A stretch of DNA of 39,191 bases from Gemmatimonadales bacterium (GTDB taxonomy: Bacteria > Gemmatimonadota > Gemmatimonadetes > Gemmatimonadales > GWC2-71-9): NCBI GenBank assembly GCA_035573235.1, contig DATMZX010000331.1:1-39191 (forward strand), given 5' to 3'. Under the pieces are notes generated by a model. It was not told the DNA's origin and ran no database searches. It worked only from the letters and a program-made list of their open reading frames with translations. Shown here one piece after another: positions 1 to 9,926 of the stretch (positions within the stretch are counted from its first letter, which is position 1; each line of letters opens with the position of its first letter). The translations under genes were made by a program, and so were the position numbers.

Positions 1-569
1 TCGCCGATGACCTGTCGGCAGGCTTTCATCTATTACGCGCGCCCACCGTGGCGTATGGCGTCAATACCGCGATCAAGCGACCCTACCCCGGCAATGCCAC
101 GGTTCGCCGCAAAACCCTGCACCGCTGGATGAACGACCTGCTCGGCTCCTGGGAGCAGTGCGGCGTGGACACTTTCATTATTCTTACCGCACACGGCCAC
201 GATCCCCATCAAGAGGCGCTCTCCACGCTGCGCACGCGACGGGCTCGTGTATTCACGGTCGACATCTTTGCGCTCGACTTCACCGGCTATCTCGAGGACC
301 CCACGGGTCCCGTGCACGGCGGCGAGCTCGACACTTCCTTGATGCTCCATCTGGCCCCGGAGCTCGTCCGGATGGAGCTGGCCCAGGATTACCCGCTCAC
401 CCAGCGGCAGGTGGCTCGCTACCACCGCAGGGCCGCAGCCTCCGTCCCTGCTCTTTCCCCGGGTTCCGTGGGGCGCCCCACCATTGCCTCAGCCGAAAAG
501 GGCGCGCGCCTGTATAAGATGATTCATGACCGTATCGCGACGCGAGTTTTGGGAGCCGTAGCCGCATGA
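1..569 (+). CDS. creatininase-family amidohydrolase, 5'-truncated by the window edge
   Basis: The reading frame is open from nt 3 with no stop before the listed ORF at 48..569. Motifs match the creatininase fold from memory (FIILTAHGHDPH and VHGGELDTSLMLHLAPELV, resembling H-x-GE-x-ETS). The stop overlaps the next start as ATGA at 566-569. Confidence 0.75.
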   Translation, partial: ADDLSAGFHLLRAPTVAYGVNTAIKRPYPGNATVRRKTLHRWMNDLLGSWEQCGVDTFIILTAHGHDPHQEALSTLRTRRARVFTVDIFALDFTGYLEDPTGPVHGGELDTSLMLHLAPELVRMELAQDYPLTQRQVARYHRRAAASVPALSPGSVGRPTIASAEKGARLYKMIHDRIATRVLGAVAA

Positions 570-1249
570 TTACATGCCTGCTCACGCTGGCGCTGGTTCA
601 AGGGGTCCCCCGTGGCGCCTCGGGGACCGCCATCGACGAAGGGGTGCTGGTCGTGCGCATCGACACCGCCGAGGTGGCGCGCGAGTCGTTCCGCCTGAGC
701 CAGGGTCGCCTGTCGCGCGGCGGCGAGGGCTGGGTACTCGCCACGACGATTCGCTACGATCGCGCGCGGCCGGTCATCGTGCTCTCGCCGATTCTCGAAG
801 TGAACAGCGATACGCTGCCCGCCACCCTGCAGTACGACGTGGCCGACCCGCGCCAGCCCGCGCGTGTGCTCGGCGAGCTGGGCCGAGGCCGGTTCACCGT
901 GCGCTACGTCGCCCGCGCCACCGAGCGGGCCCGGGAATTCCCTACAGGACAGCGCGCGGTCGTGCTCGACGATTCGGTCTTTGCCACCTACCTGTTCGCG
1001 GCATGGCTGGCTCGCAGCGAACCGTCCACGATCACGGCGATTTATCCGCGCTCGCTGCGGCATGAGACTGTCCAGGTCCAGGACCTGGGCGTGGAAGCGG
1101 CACCGCGGAATCCCGAGGTGAAGCTGCGTCACTTCAGCGTCACCGGAGGGGCCGAAGTTGTTCATCTGTGGCTCGATGCGGATGGCCGTCTGATGAGGGT
1201 GCACATTCCTTCCCGTCGCCTCACCGCCGAGCGCCTCGCAGGAAGCTGA
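566..1249 (+). CDS. hypothetical protein, probably exported
   Basis: A 227-aa ORF that is translationally coupled to the upstream gene (ATGA overlap). It has a hydrophobic N-terminus (MITCLLTLALVQG). I recognise no family. Confidence 0.6.
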   Translation: MITCLLTLALVQGVPRGASGTAIDEGVLVVRIDTAEVARESFRLSQGRLSRGGEGWVLATTIRYDRARPVIVLSPILEVNSDTLPATLQYDVADPRQPARVLGELGRGRFTVRYVARATERAREFPTGQRAVVLDDSVFATYLFAAWLARSEPSTITAIYPRSLRHETVQVQDLGVEAAPRNPEVKLRHFSVTGGAEVVHLWLDADGRLMRVHIPSRRLTAERLAGS

Positions 1250-1366
1250 CCTTGAAGTAGGCCCCCCCCGGGCTAGGTTCTCTGTCGCAGGCCGAAACCG
1301 CCTCGTCTACCTCAGCGTAAGGGGGGGCGCTTCCGACCTTACGACATATCTCTAATAAGGAAGACC

Positions 1367-2896
1367 ATGAAACACGTGTTGATCGTGGCAGGTCTGGTCA
1401 TGGGACCATCCCTGTCCACCATCGCTGCAGCCCAGCAACCCTCACAACCGACACAACCGACGCAACCGACGCAACCGACGACACAGCAGGTCGCGGGACT
1501 TTCGCTCGCCGACGCGATCGCCCTCGCCCGGGAAAAAAATCCGGCGTTCCGCCAGGTCCAAAACAACCGCGGCCCGGCGTCCTGGGGCGTCCGCAACGCC
1601 TACTCGTCGCTGTTGTTGCCGACGTTCACCGTGGGCGGCGGGATGACCTACACGGGGCCGGGCTCGCAGACATTCCTCACATCGAGCTTCACGCAGACCA
1701 CGTCGACGGTGTCGTCGTTCTACGATCTGAATCTCTCCTGGCAGTTGTCGGGAACCACGCTCTCGCAGCCCGGCCTCGCCAAGGCGCAGCAGCGCGCGGT
1801 GGACGCCGACATCTCCGGCGCCGAGAACTTTCTCATCACGCAGGTGAAGCAACAGTACCTGACGATCCTGCAGGCGGACGCGCAAGCGGAAGTCGCGCGG
1901 CAGACCCTGCAGCGCAATGAGGAGTTCCTCAAGCTCGCAGAGGCGCGTCAGGGCGTCGGGCAGGCCACGTTGATCGACGTGCGCTCGGCGCAGGTCGCGC
2001 GCGGTCAGGCCGAGGTCGCGCTGTTGCGCGCGCGCACGCTGGTCAGCGTCGAGAAGTTGCGCCTGTTCGAGCAGATGGGGGTCGCGTCGCCGGTCGACGT
2101 CGCGAACGTGCGGCTGACCGACACGTTCACCGTGCAGGAGCCGACGTGGCAGCTGAGCGAGCTGCTGACGATGGCGGAGCAGCAGAACCCGGCGCTCAAG
2201 GCGTTGCGCGCGCGCGAAGGCGCCGCGGCGTGGAACAAGCGCGCGGTCGCGTCCGCCTACGGGCCGTCGCTCTCGGTGTCCGCCGGCTGGTCGGGGTTCA
2301 CGCAGCAGTTCACCGACGTCGATCCGATCATCTTCAACGGCCAGCAGGCGTCGGCGGCCCAGCTGCAGGAATGTCAGGACAACAACGTCATCCGCCAGAA
2401 TTCTGGCTTGCCGCCCAACAGCTGCGCCGGATTCGTCTGGGGTGCTGGCGACGAGCAGCGGATCCGCGATGCGAATTCCGTCTTCCCGTTCGAGTTCACG
2501 CAGCAGCCGTTCCAGGCGCGGCTCACCGTGTCGCTGCCGGTGTTCACGAACTTCGGCCAGCAGCTGCGGGTCTCGGAGGCGCGGGCGCAGCTCAGCGATG
2601 CCGAGGAGCAGGTGCGCGCGCGCGGCCTCGCGGTGCAGACCGACGTGAGCCAGGCGTACCTCACGCTCCAGACGTCGTTTCGCGCCGTCGGACTGCAGGA
2701 CACGAACCGCACCGCCGGCCGCGAGCAGCTCCAGCTGGCGACGGAGCGCTATCGCGTCGGGTCGGGGACGTTCTTCGACCTGCTCGACGCCCAGATCCAA
2801 GCGCTGCGCGCCGAGAGCGACTACGTGAATGCGACCTACGATTATCACAAGGCCGTGGCCGCGCTCGAAGCGGCGGTCGGCCGTAGCCTGCGTTAA
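1367..2896 (+). CDS. TolC-family outer-membrane efflux protein
   Basis: 509 aa with a signal peptide ending in AAAQQ. It shows the typical TolC N-terminus (LSLADAIALAREKNP) and a duplicated coiled-coil architecture (...AEVALLRAR..., ...YRVGSGTFFDLLDAQ...). An AAGGAAG RBS lies 7 nt upstream of the ATG. Confidence 0.9.
   Translation: MKHVLIVAGLVMGPSLSTIAAAQQPSQPTQPTQPTQPTTQQVAGLSLADAIALAREKNPAFRQVQNNRGPASWGVRNAYSSLLLPTFTVGGGMTYTGPGSQTFLTSSFTQTTSTVSSFYDLNLSWQLSGTTLSQPGLAKAQQRAVDADISGAENFLITQVKQQYLTILQADAQAEVARQTLQRNEEFLKLAEARQGVGQATLIDVRSAQVARGQAEVALLRARTLVSVEKLRLFEQMGVASPVDVANVRLTDTFTVQEPTWQLSELLTMAEQQNPALKALRAREGAAAWNKRAVASAYGPSLSVSAGWSGFTQQFTDVDPIIFNGQQASAAQLQECQDNNVIRQNSGLPPNSCAGFVWGAGDEQRIRDANSVFPFEFTQQPFQARLTVSLPVFTNFGQQLRVSEARAQLSDAEEQVRARGLAVQTDVSQAYLTLQTSFRAVGLQDTNRTAGREQLQLATERYRVGSGTFFDLLDAQIQALRAESDYVNATYDYHKAVAALEAAVGRSLR
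1444..1479 (+). repeat. 9-bp tandem repeat (A/G)CAACCGAC x4 inside tolC, encoding (PTQ)n
   Basis: Read directly as acaaccgac acaaccgac gcaaccgac gcaaccgac. A degenerate fifth copy, gcaaccctc, sits at 1435-1443. The repeat translates to QPSQPTQPTQPTQPT immediately after the signal peptide. Confidence 0.9.
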
Positions 2897-2916
2897 CCGA
2901 GAGGAATCGAGTCGAC

Positions 2917-4241
2917 ATGTCCAAGCGAAACAAGGTGCTGCTGGGTGGTGGAGGCGTGGTGCTGCTCATCGTGCTGGTGATGGTCAGCACCAGCGCCAAG
3001 CGGGACAAAGGGACCGAGGTGCGGTTCGAGCAGGTCGGCCGCCGCGATCTCGTCGCCGCCGTCACCGCGAGCGGGAAAATCCAGCCCAAGAAGAAGGTCG
3101 ACATCAGCGCCGACATCACCGGCCGGATCACCCGGATCGCGGTGCGCGAGGGCGACCTCGTGCAGAAAGGGCAATTCCTGCTCCAGATCGATCCCACGAT
3201 CTACCAGGCCAACAAACAGCGCGCGACCGCCATGATGTCGTCGGCGGAGGCGAGCGCGGTGCAGGCGCGCGCCAACCGTGATCAGTCGCAGCGCAGCCTG
3301 CAGCGGACCAAGGAGCTGCGCGAGCAGAACCCCAACCTGGTATCGCAGGAGCAGCTCGAGCAGGCCCAGACCGCGTTCGAGATCGCCGACGCGAACTTCA
3401 CCGCGGCGAGTCACGGGGTGGAGCAGGCGCGCGCCGGCTTGCAGGAGGCCAACGACCAGCTGTCGAAGACGCATCTCGTCGCGCCGATGGCCGGACGCGT
3501 GACGCGTCTCGCCGTCGAAGAGGGCGAAGTCGCCGTCCCTGGCACGTTCTCGCGCGAGACCGGCCTGCTGCTCACGATCTCGGACCTCTCGGTGATTCAG
3601 ACGACCGTGAACGTGGACGAGACCGACGTCGTGCGCGTCAACATCGGCGATTCGGTGGAAGTCACGATCGACGCGTTCCCCGACACCACGTTCGTGGGCC
3701 GGGTGACGAAAGTCTCCAACAGCGCGATCCTGACCGCGGCGTCGCAGGTGGGCGGCCAGAACGACCGCGCCGTCGACTACGAGGTCGAGATCACGCTGTC
3801 CAATCCGCCCACCGAAGTTCGCCCCGATTTGTCGGCGACGGCGCGGATCGTCACGGATACCCGCAAGCAGGCGCTCGCGATACCGATCATCGCGCTCACC
3901 GTGCGCGAAAACACTCCGGTCTCGACGGAGCAGAAACCGGCCCGTGGCAACGCGGCGAACGCCGCCCCCGCCCCCGCCCCTCCGCCGGCAGCCGGTGACA
4001 CGAGCAAGCACGGCGCCGGGCCGAAGAAAGAGACCGAGGGCGTGTTCCTGGTGCGCAACGGCGTCGCGACGTTCCATCCGGTGAAGGTGGGGATCGCGGG
4101 TGAGGAGCACTTCGAGGTCGTCGAGGGCGTGCAGCTGGGCGACACGATCGTCGCCGGCCCCTACCAGGCCATTCGCGACCTGAAGGAAGGCGCGCACGTC
4201 CGGCCGAGCCGCGAGTCCAGCGACACGACGCGGCGCCGCTC

Positions 4242-4245
<4 letters not shown>
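2917..4245 (+). CDS. periplasmic adaptor (membrane fusion protein), MacA/HlyD family
   Basis: 442 aa with an N-terminal TM anchor ([10 protein letters not shown]). It has a lipoyl/hairpin signature ([26 protein letters not shown] ... [19 protein letters not shown]), a coiled-coil hairpin and a C-terminal beta-barrel. A GAGAGGA RBS is present. Confidence 0.9.
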
Positions 4246-4972
<727 letters not shown>

Positions 4973-4973
<1 letters not shown>

Positions 4974-6211
4974 TGCCGTTTTACGAGGCGATGCGGCTCG
5001 CGCTGCAGACGATCCGCTCGCAGAAGCTGAAGAGCGGGTTCTCGCTGCTCGGGGTCTTCATTGGCGTGGCGTCGCTGATCGGCGCGTGGTCGATCGTGAA
5101 CGGCGTCAACCGCTACATGACCGAGCGGTTCGCCCAGACACTCTACGGCGTGAACACGTTCCAGCTGCGGCGCCGCCCCATGTTTACACCCAACGTGCCC
5201 GACTCGGTCTGGCGCGCCTGGGCGCGGCGTCCCCGCATTCGGTTCAGCGACGCCGAGGCGATCCAGGCGTCACTCACCGTCCCCGTCGTCACGGCGTGGC
5301 AATCGAGCGACAACGTCAGCGTGGGCTACGGCAACAAGGAAGCGCGCGACATCGAGCTCAACACGGCGAGCGAGCGCTACTTCGACATCAAGAATCTCAA
5401 GATCTCCTTGGGCCGGCCGTTCACCGGCGAAGAAAACCGCTCCGGGACGCCGGTCGTGGTGCTCGGGTACGCGGTGGCGCAGCGCCTGTTCTCCGATCGC
5501 ACGCCGCTCGGCAAGTCGGTCAAGATCGGCGGGATTCCGTATCGCGTCATCGGCGTCGTGGACAAGCAGGGCAGCATTCTCGGCTTCCCGCTCGACCGCT
5601 TCGTCGTCGTGCCGGCGTTATCCCCCGCGCAGAACCTCGTGAACCCGCCGGGCATCCTCGACGCCTTTCTGATCAAGGCGCACTCCGACATCGAGATGCG
5701 TGAAGCGATGTCGCAAGCCGAGGGCATCATGCGCAGTCGCCGGCACCTGCGGCCGCAGCAGGACAACAACTTCGTGCTCGAGACCTCCGAGGGCGTGCAG
5801 CGCTTCTGGGCCGGCATCAGCCGGATTCTGATGATCGTGTTGCCAGGGGTCGTCGTGGTGTCGCTCGTCATCGGCGGCATCGTGATCATGAACATCATGC
5901 TGATGGCCGTGGCCGAGCGGACCCGCGAGATCGGGCTGCGGAAATCCCTGGGCGCGCGTCGCCGCGACGTGCTGCGCCAGTTCCTCGCGGAGTCGACCTG
6001 CATCGCCGCCGTCGGCGCGACCTTCGGCATCGCCGCGGGCATCGTGTTGACGCTCGGGATCGACAAGCTCTCCCCGCTCCCGGCCAGCGTGTCGCCCATG
6101 TCGATCATCCTCGGCGTGGTCATGGGCGCGGGCGTCGGCGTCGTCGCCGGGGTGTATCCCGCCAGCCGGGCCGCGAAGCTCGACCCGATCACCGCGCTGC
6201 GACAGGAGTAG
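4973..6211 (+). CDS. MacB/FtsX-type ABC permease, class A, copy 1
   Basis: 412 aa. It has TM1 (LKSGFSLLGVFIGVASLI), a periplasmic domain of roughly 220 aa, and a C-terminal FtsX three-TM bundle with the MacB coupling motif AERTREIGLRKSLGA. The C-terminus is LDPITALRQE. The GTG start overlaps the previous TAG by 1 nt. Confidence 0.9.
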
Positions 6212-6214
6212 CGT

Positions 6215-7444
6215 ATGACCCAGCTGTTCGAAGGCGTCGGGATTGCGCTCACCTCGCTGCGCGCGCACAAGATGCGCGCGGCGCTCACGATTCTCGGTGT
6301 GGCGATCGGCGTGACGGTGGTGATGGTGATCGGCGCCATGATCAGCGGGTTCAACAAAGGCATCTCGGACATGCTCGCGTCGCTCGGGCCCAAGACGTTC
6401 TGGGTCGGCCGCTACTGGGGCGGGCAGAACGACGAGGACCCGGAAGATCCCAATCCGTGGCGGCGCCGCCCGCCGATCACCGTCGCCGAGGCGGACCAGC
6501 TGGCGCGGCTTCCCTCGATCGCGTTCGTCGTCATCGATGAGTGGACCAACGCCGACATCGAGTTCGAGGGCCGGCGCCTCGCGGCGACGTCGGTCCGCGG
6601 GCGCAATGCCGATTGGCCGAGCATCGAAGGCGGGCGGATCAACGCCGGCCGCTCGTTCACGCATCTCGAGGACGCGGCCAACGCGCACGTCGTCGTGGTC
6701 AACACCAAGCTGGCCGAAAACCTGTTCGGCAACCGGGACCCGATGAACCGGCGCATCAAGATCAGCGGGCTTCCCTACGACGTCGTCGGGATTTACGAGC
6801 CCCCGCCCCGCCTGTTCGGGGACGGCGATCAGCCGATGGTGATGATGCCGCACGGCACCTTCCAGAAGGACCTGCAGTACTGGCCGGGGTGGATGGACAT
6901 GTTCGTCGTCCCGGAGGACTCGGTGTCGCTCGAGCGCGCGATGGACGACGTGGTGATGTCGATGCGGTCGATGCGCGGGCTGCGGCCCGGTCAGAAGAAC
7001 AACTTCGACGCGGTCAGCCAGGACGTCTACGTCCAGGCGATCAACAGCTTCACCCTGGTCGCGCGCGTGCTGATGTTCGCGTTGTCGACGGTCGGCTTGA
7101 TGGTCGGCGGCATCGGCGTGGTCGCCATCATGATGATCTCGGTCACCGAGCGCACGCGCGAGATCGGGGTCCGCAAGGCACTGGGGGCGACGAAGCGCGA
7201 AGTGATGTGGCAGTTCCTGGTCGAGGCCGCGACGCTGACGCTCGTGGGCGGCGTCGTCGGGATGATCGTCGGCTGGGGCATCGCGATCCTGATGCACAAC
7301 TTCACGCCGGTCCCCGCCTACGTCCCGCTGGGATCGATCATCCTGGCGCTGAGCGCGGCGGCGGTCACGGGTCTGTTGTTCGGGATCTACCCCGCCAGCA
7401 AGGCGGCACGCCTGGATCCAGTCGAAGCGCTGCGGTACGAATGA
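6215..7444 (+). CDS. MacB/FtsX-type ABC permease, class B, copy 1
   Basis: 409 aa with the same architecture. The class-B N-terminus is FEGVGIALTSLRAHKMRAALTILGVAIGV, the coupling motif is TERTREIGVRKALGA and the C-terminus is LDPVEALRYE. Confidence 0.9.
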   Translation: MTQLFEGVGIALTSLRAHKMRAALTILGVAIGVTVVMVIGAMISGFNKGISDMLASLGPKTFWVGRYWGGQNDEDPEDPNPWRRRPPITVAEADQLARLPSIAFVVIDEWTNADIEFEGRRLAATSVRGRNADWPSIEGGRINAGRSFTHLEDAANAHVVVVNTKLAENLFGNRDPMNRRIKISGLPYDVVGIYEPPPRLFGDGDQPMVMMPHGTFQKDLQYWPGWMDMFVVPEDSVSLERAMDDVVMSMRSMRGLRPGQKNNFDAVSQDVYVQAINSFTLVARVLMFALSTVGLMVGGIGVVAIMMISVTERTREIGVRKALGATKREVMWQFLVEAATLTLVGGVVGMIVGWGIAILMHNFTPVPAYVPLGSIILALSAAAVTGLLFGIYPASKAARLDPVEALRYE

Positions 7445-8685
7445 AGTTCACCGAGGCGGTTCGCCTCGCGCTGCAAACCATTCGTTCCCAGAAGCTCAAA
7501 AGCGCCTTTTCGATCGTCGGCGTCTTTATCGGCGTCATGTTCCTGATCGCCGTCGTGTCGGTCGTGCAGGGCATGAATCGCTACATGACCGACAAATTCG
7601 CGGGCACGCTGCTGGGTGTGAACACCTTCCGGTTGCGGCAATTCCCCGACGTGCAGCTCGGCAACGTGACCGATTCGATGTGGCGCTCCTGGATGCGGCG
7701 GCCGCGGATTACGTATGACGACGCGCAGGCGGTGAGCCGTGGGATGAGCGTCCCCGTGGTGACGGCGTGGGAATCGAACACCCGCGGCAAGCTGACCGCC
7801 GGCCGCCGGGAAGCCAAGGACGTGCAGATCACCGCCGCCACCGAGCTCTACTTCGAGATCCGCTCGTTCAACCTCTCGCGCGGCCGGGTGTTCACGACGC
7901 AGGAAGTCCAGGCGGGCGCCCCGGTGCTGGTGCTCGGCTACGAGCTCGCCGAGAAGCTGTTCGAGGGCCAGGACCCGATCGGCCGCGAGGTCAAGGTCTT
8001 CGACCTGCCGTATCGCGTGATCGGCGTGGTCGAGAAGCAGGGAAATCTGTTCGGGCTGTCGCTCGACAAGTTCGTGGTGGCGCCGGCGAACGCGCCGGTC
8101 AAGCGGTTCGTCAATCCGCCGCGCGTCGTCGACGCGCTCGCGGTCAAGGCCGCCACGCCGGAAGACATGCGACTCGCGATTTCGGAAGCGGAGGCCGTGA
8201 TGCGCAGCCGCCGCCATCTGCGCCCGCGCGAGGCCGACGACTTCGCGATGGAAACGGCGGACGAAGTGCTGGACTTCTGGGGCAAGATCAGCCGCGTGCT
8301 GTTCATGGCGCTGCCCGGCCTCGTCGCGATCTCGCTGGTGGTGGGCGGGATCGTGATCATGAACATCATGCTGATGGCGGTCGCCGAGCGCACGCGCGAG
8401 ATCGGCATTCGCAAGGCGCTGGGAGCCCGGCGGCGCGACATCCTGCGCCAATTCCTCGTGGAGTCCGTGACGCTGGCGACGGTCGGCGCGGCCGCGGGAG
8501 TCGGACTCGGCATCGGACTCGCCGCGCTGGTCGCGGCCTTCTCTCCCCTCCCCGCCGCGGTGGCGACCTGGTCGATCGTCGTCGGCGTACTGCTCGGCGC
8601 CGGGGTCGGCATTGCCGCGGGCGTCTATCCCGCCGCGCGCGCCGCCCGGCTCGATCCCATCGCGGCGCTGCGGCACGAGACATGA
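7441..8685 (+). CDS. MacB/FtsX-type ABC permease, class A, copy 2
   Basis: The internal start MKFTEAVRLALQTIRSQKLKS lies within listed ORF 6541..8685 and forms an ATGA overlap with the previous stop. It is collinear with copy A1, with motif AERTREIGIRKALGA and C-terminus LDPIAALRHET. Confidence 0.9.
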   Translation: MKFTEAVRLALQTIRSQKLKSAFSIVGVFIGVMFLIAVVSVVQGMNRYMTDKFAGTLLGVNTFRLRQFPDVQLGNVTDSMWRSWMRRPRITYDDAQAVSRGMSVPVVTAWESNTRGKLTAGRREAKDVQITAATELYFEIRSFNLSRGRVFTTQEVQAGAPVLVLGYELAEKLFEGQDPIGREVKVFDLPYRVIGVVEKQGNLFGLSLDKFVVAPANAPVKRFVNPPRVVDALAVKAATPEDMRLAISEAEAVMRSRRHLRPREADDFAMETADEVLDFWGKISRVLFMALPGLVAISLVVGGIVIMNIMLMAVAERTREIGIRKALGARRRDILRQFLVESVTLATVGAAAGVGLGIGLAALVAAFSPLPAAVATWSIVVGVLLGAGVGIAAGVYPAARAARLDPIAALRHET

Positions 8686-9917
8686 CCGGCGCCTTCGAGG
8701 GCGTGAGCATCGCGCTCGAGTCGCTGCGCAGCAACAAAGCGCGCGCGGCGCTCACCATTCTCGGCGTCGCGATCGGCGTCGTCGTGGTGATGGTGATCGC
8801 GGCGATGATCAGCGGCATCAATCGCAGCGTCTCCAACATCTTCGAGTCGATCGCGCCGCGCACCTTTCTCGTGTGGCGCTGGTTCCAGGCCGGTGTCAAC
8901 GTCTCCGATGGCTCGGACGAGTCGAGCCCGTGGCGGCGCAATCCCGCCATCAGCGACGCCGAGGCCGACCGCGTCGCGACGCTGCCGTCCGTGCGGTTCG
9001 TGACCCGGCGCGAAGAAACCCAGGCCACGGTGGAGTTCGGCGATGTGCGGCTCGAGTCGGTGAACGTGGCGGGACTCTCGGCGCAGTGGGTGGAGGTGAA
9101 CGGCGGCGACGTGTATCCGGGGCGGACCTTCTCGCGACTCGAGGACATGGCGAACAGCCCGGTGGCCGTGATCAACCGCAAGCTCGAGGACCAGCTGTTC
9201 CGCGGACGCGACCCGATCGGGCAGACGATCCACATCGCGGGATCTCCGTTCACCGTGATCGGCGTGTACACGCCGCCGCCCAGCCTGTTTTCGGGAAGCG
9301 CCCCGCCGTTCGTCGGCCTGCCGCACGGCGTGTTCGTCAAGCACATCCCCTACATGAAGGGCTGGATGCGCCTCGCGATCGCGCCCGCCACCGGATACAC
9401 GCAGCAGGAGTCGATGGACGAGGTCGTGGCGACGCTGCGCTCGATGCGCGGACTCAAACCCGGCCAGGAGAACAGCTTCTCCATCGTGACGCAGGACAAG
9501 CTGCTCGACTCGTGGAATCAGGTCACCGGCATGTTCTTCCTCGTCATGCTCGTGCTGTCGTCGATCGGCCTGATGGTGGGCGGCGTCGGCGTCGTCGCGA
9601 TCATGATGATTTCCGTCACCGAGCGCACGCGCGAGATCGGGGTCCGCAAGGCGCTCGGCGCGACCCGCCGCGCGATCCTGTGGCAATTCCTGGTGGAAGC
9701 GTCGACCCTCACGCTGGTGGGCGGCGCGGTCGGGATGCTCGTCGGCGGCTTGCTCGCGTTCGCGATCTCGCGGCTGACGCCGATTCCCGCGAACGTGCCG
9801 CTGTGGTCGATCGTGGCGGCGCTGGGAGCGTCGGCCCTCACGGGCGTGGGCTTCGGCCTGTATCCGGCAAGCCGGGCCGCGCGGCTCGACCCTGTAGAGG
9901 CTCTCAGATACGAATAG
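8682..9917 (+). CDS. MacB/FtsX-type ABC permease, class B, copy 2
   Basis: The internal start MTGAFEGVSIALESLRSNKARAALTILGVAIGV lies within listed ORF 7767..9917 and forms an ATGA overlap. It is collinear with B1, with motif TERTREIGVRKALGA and C-terminus LDPVEALRYE. Confidence 0.9.
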   Translation: MTGAFEGVSIALESLRSNKARAALTILGVAIGVVVVMVIAAMISGINRSVSNIFESIAPRTFLVWRWFQAGVNVSDGSDESSPWRRNPAISDAEADRVATLPSVRFVTRREETQATVEFGDVRLESVNVAGLSAQWVEVNGGDVYPGRTFSRLEDMANSPVAVINRKLEDQLFRGRDPIGQTIHIAGSPFTVIGVYTPPPSLFSGSAPPFVGLPHGVFVKHIPYMKGWMRLAIAPATGYTQQESMDEVVATLRSMRGLKPGQENSFSIVTQDKLLDSWNQVTGMFFLVMLVLSSIGLMVGGVGVVAIMMISVTERTREIGVRKALGATRRAILWQFLVEASTLTLVGGAVGMLVGGLLAFAISRLTPIPANVPLWSIVAALGASALTGVGFGLYPASRAARLDPVEALRYE

Positions 9918-9926
9918 CTTTCCGTA

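Noticed and set aside
1435-1479. The short tandem repeat as a possible CRISPR or other non-coding array.
   Set aside because: The unit is only 9 bp, has no spacers and is in frame within tolC, where it encodes a PTQ linker.
6541-9917. The 714-aa and 716-aa ORFs (6541..8685 and 7767..9917), which could suggest fused double-length permeases.
   Set aside because: Their first halves are out-of-frame read-through across the preceding permease gene and are Arg/Gly/Asp-rich. The real genes start at internal ATGs (7441 and 8682) that form ATGA overlaps and give N-termini collinear with their paralogues.
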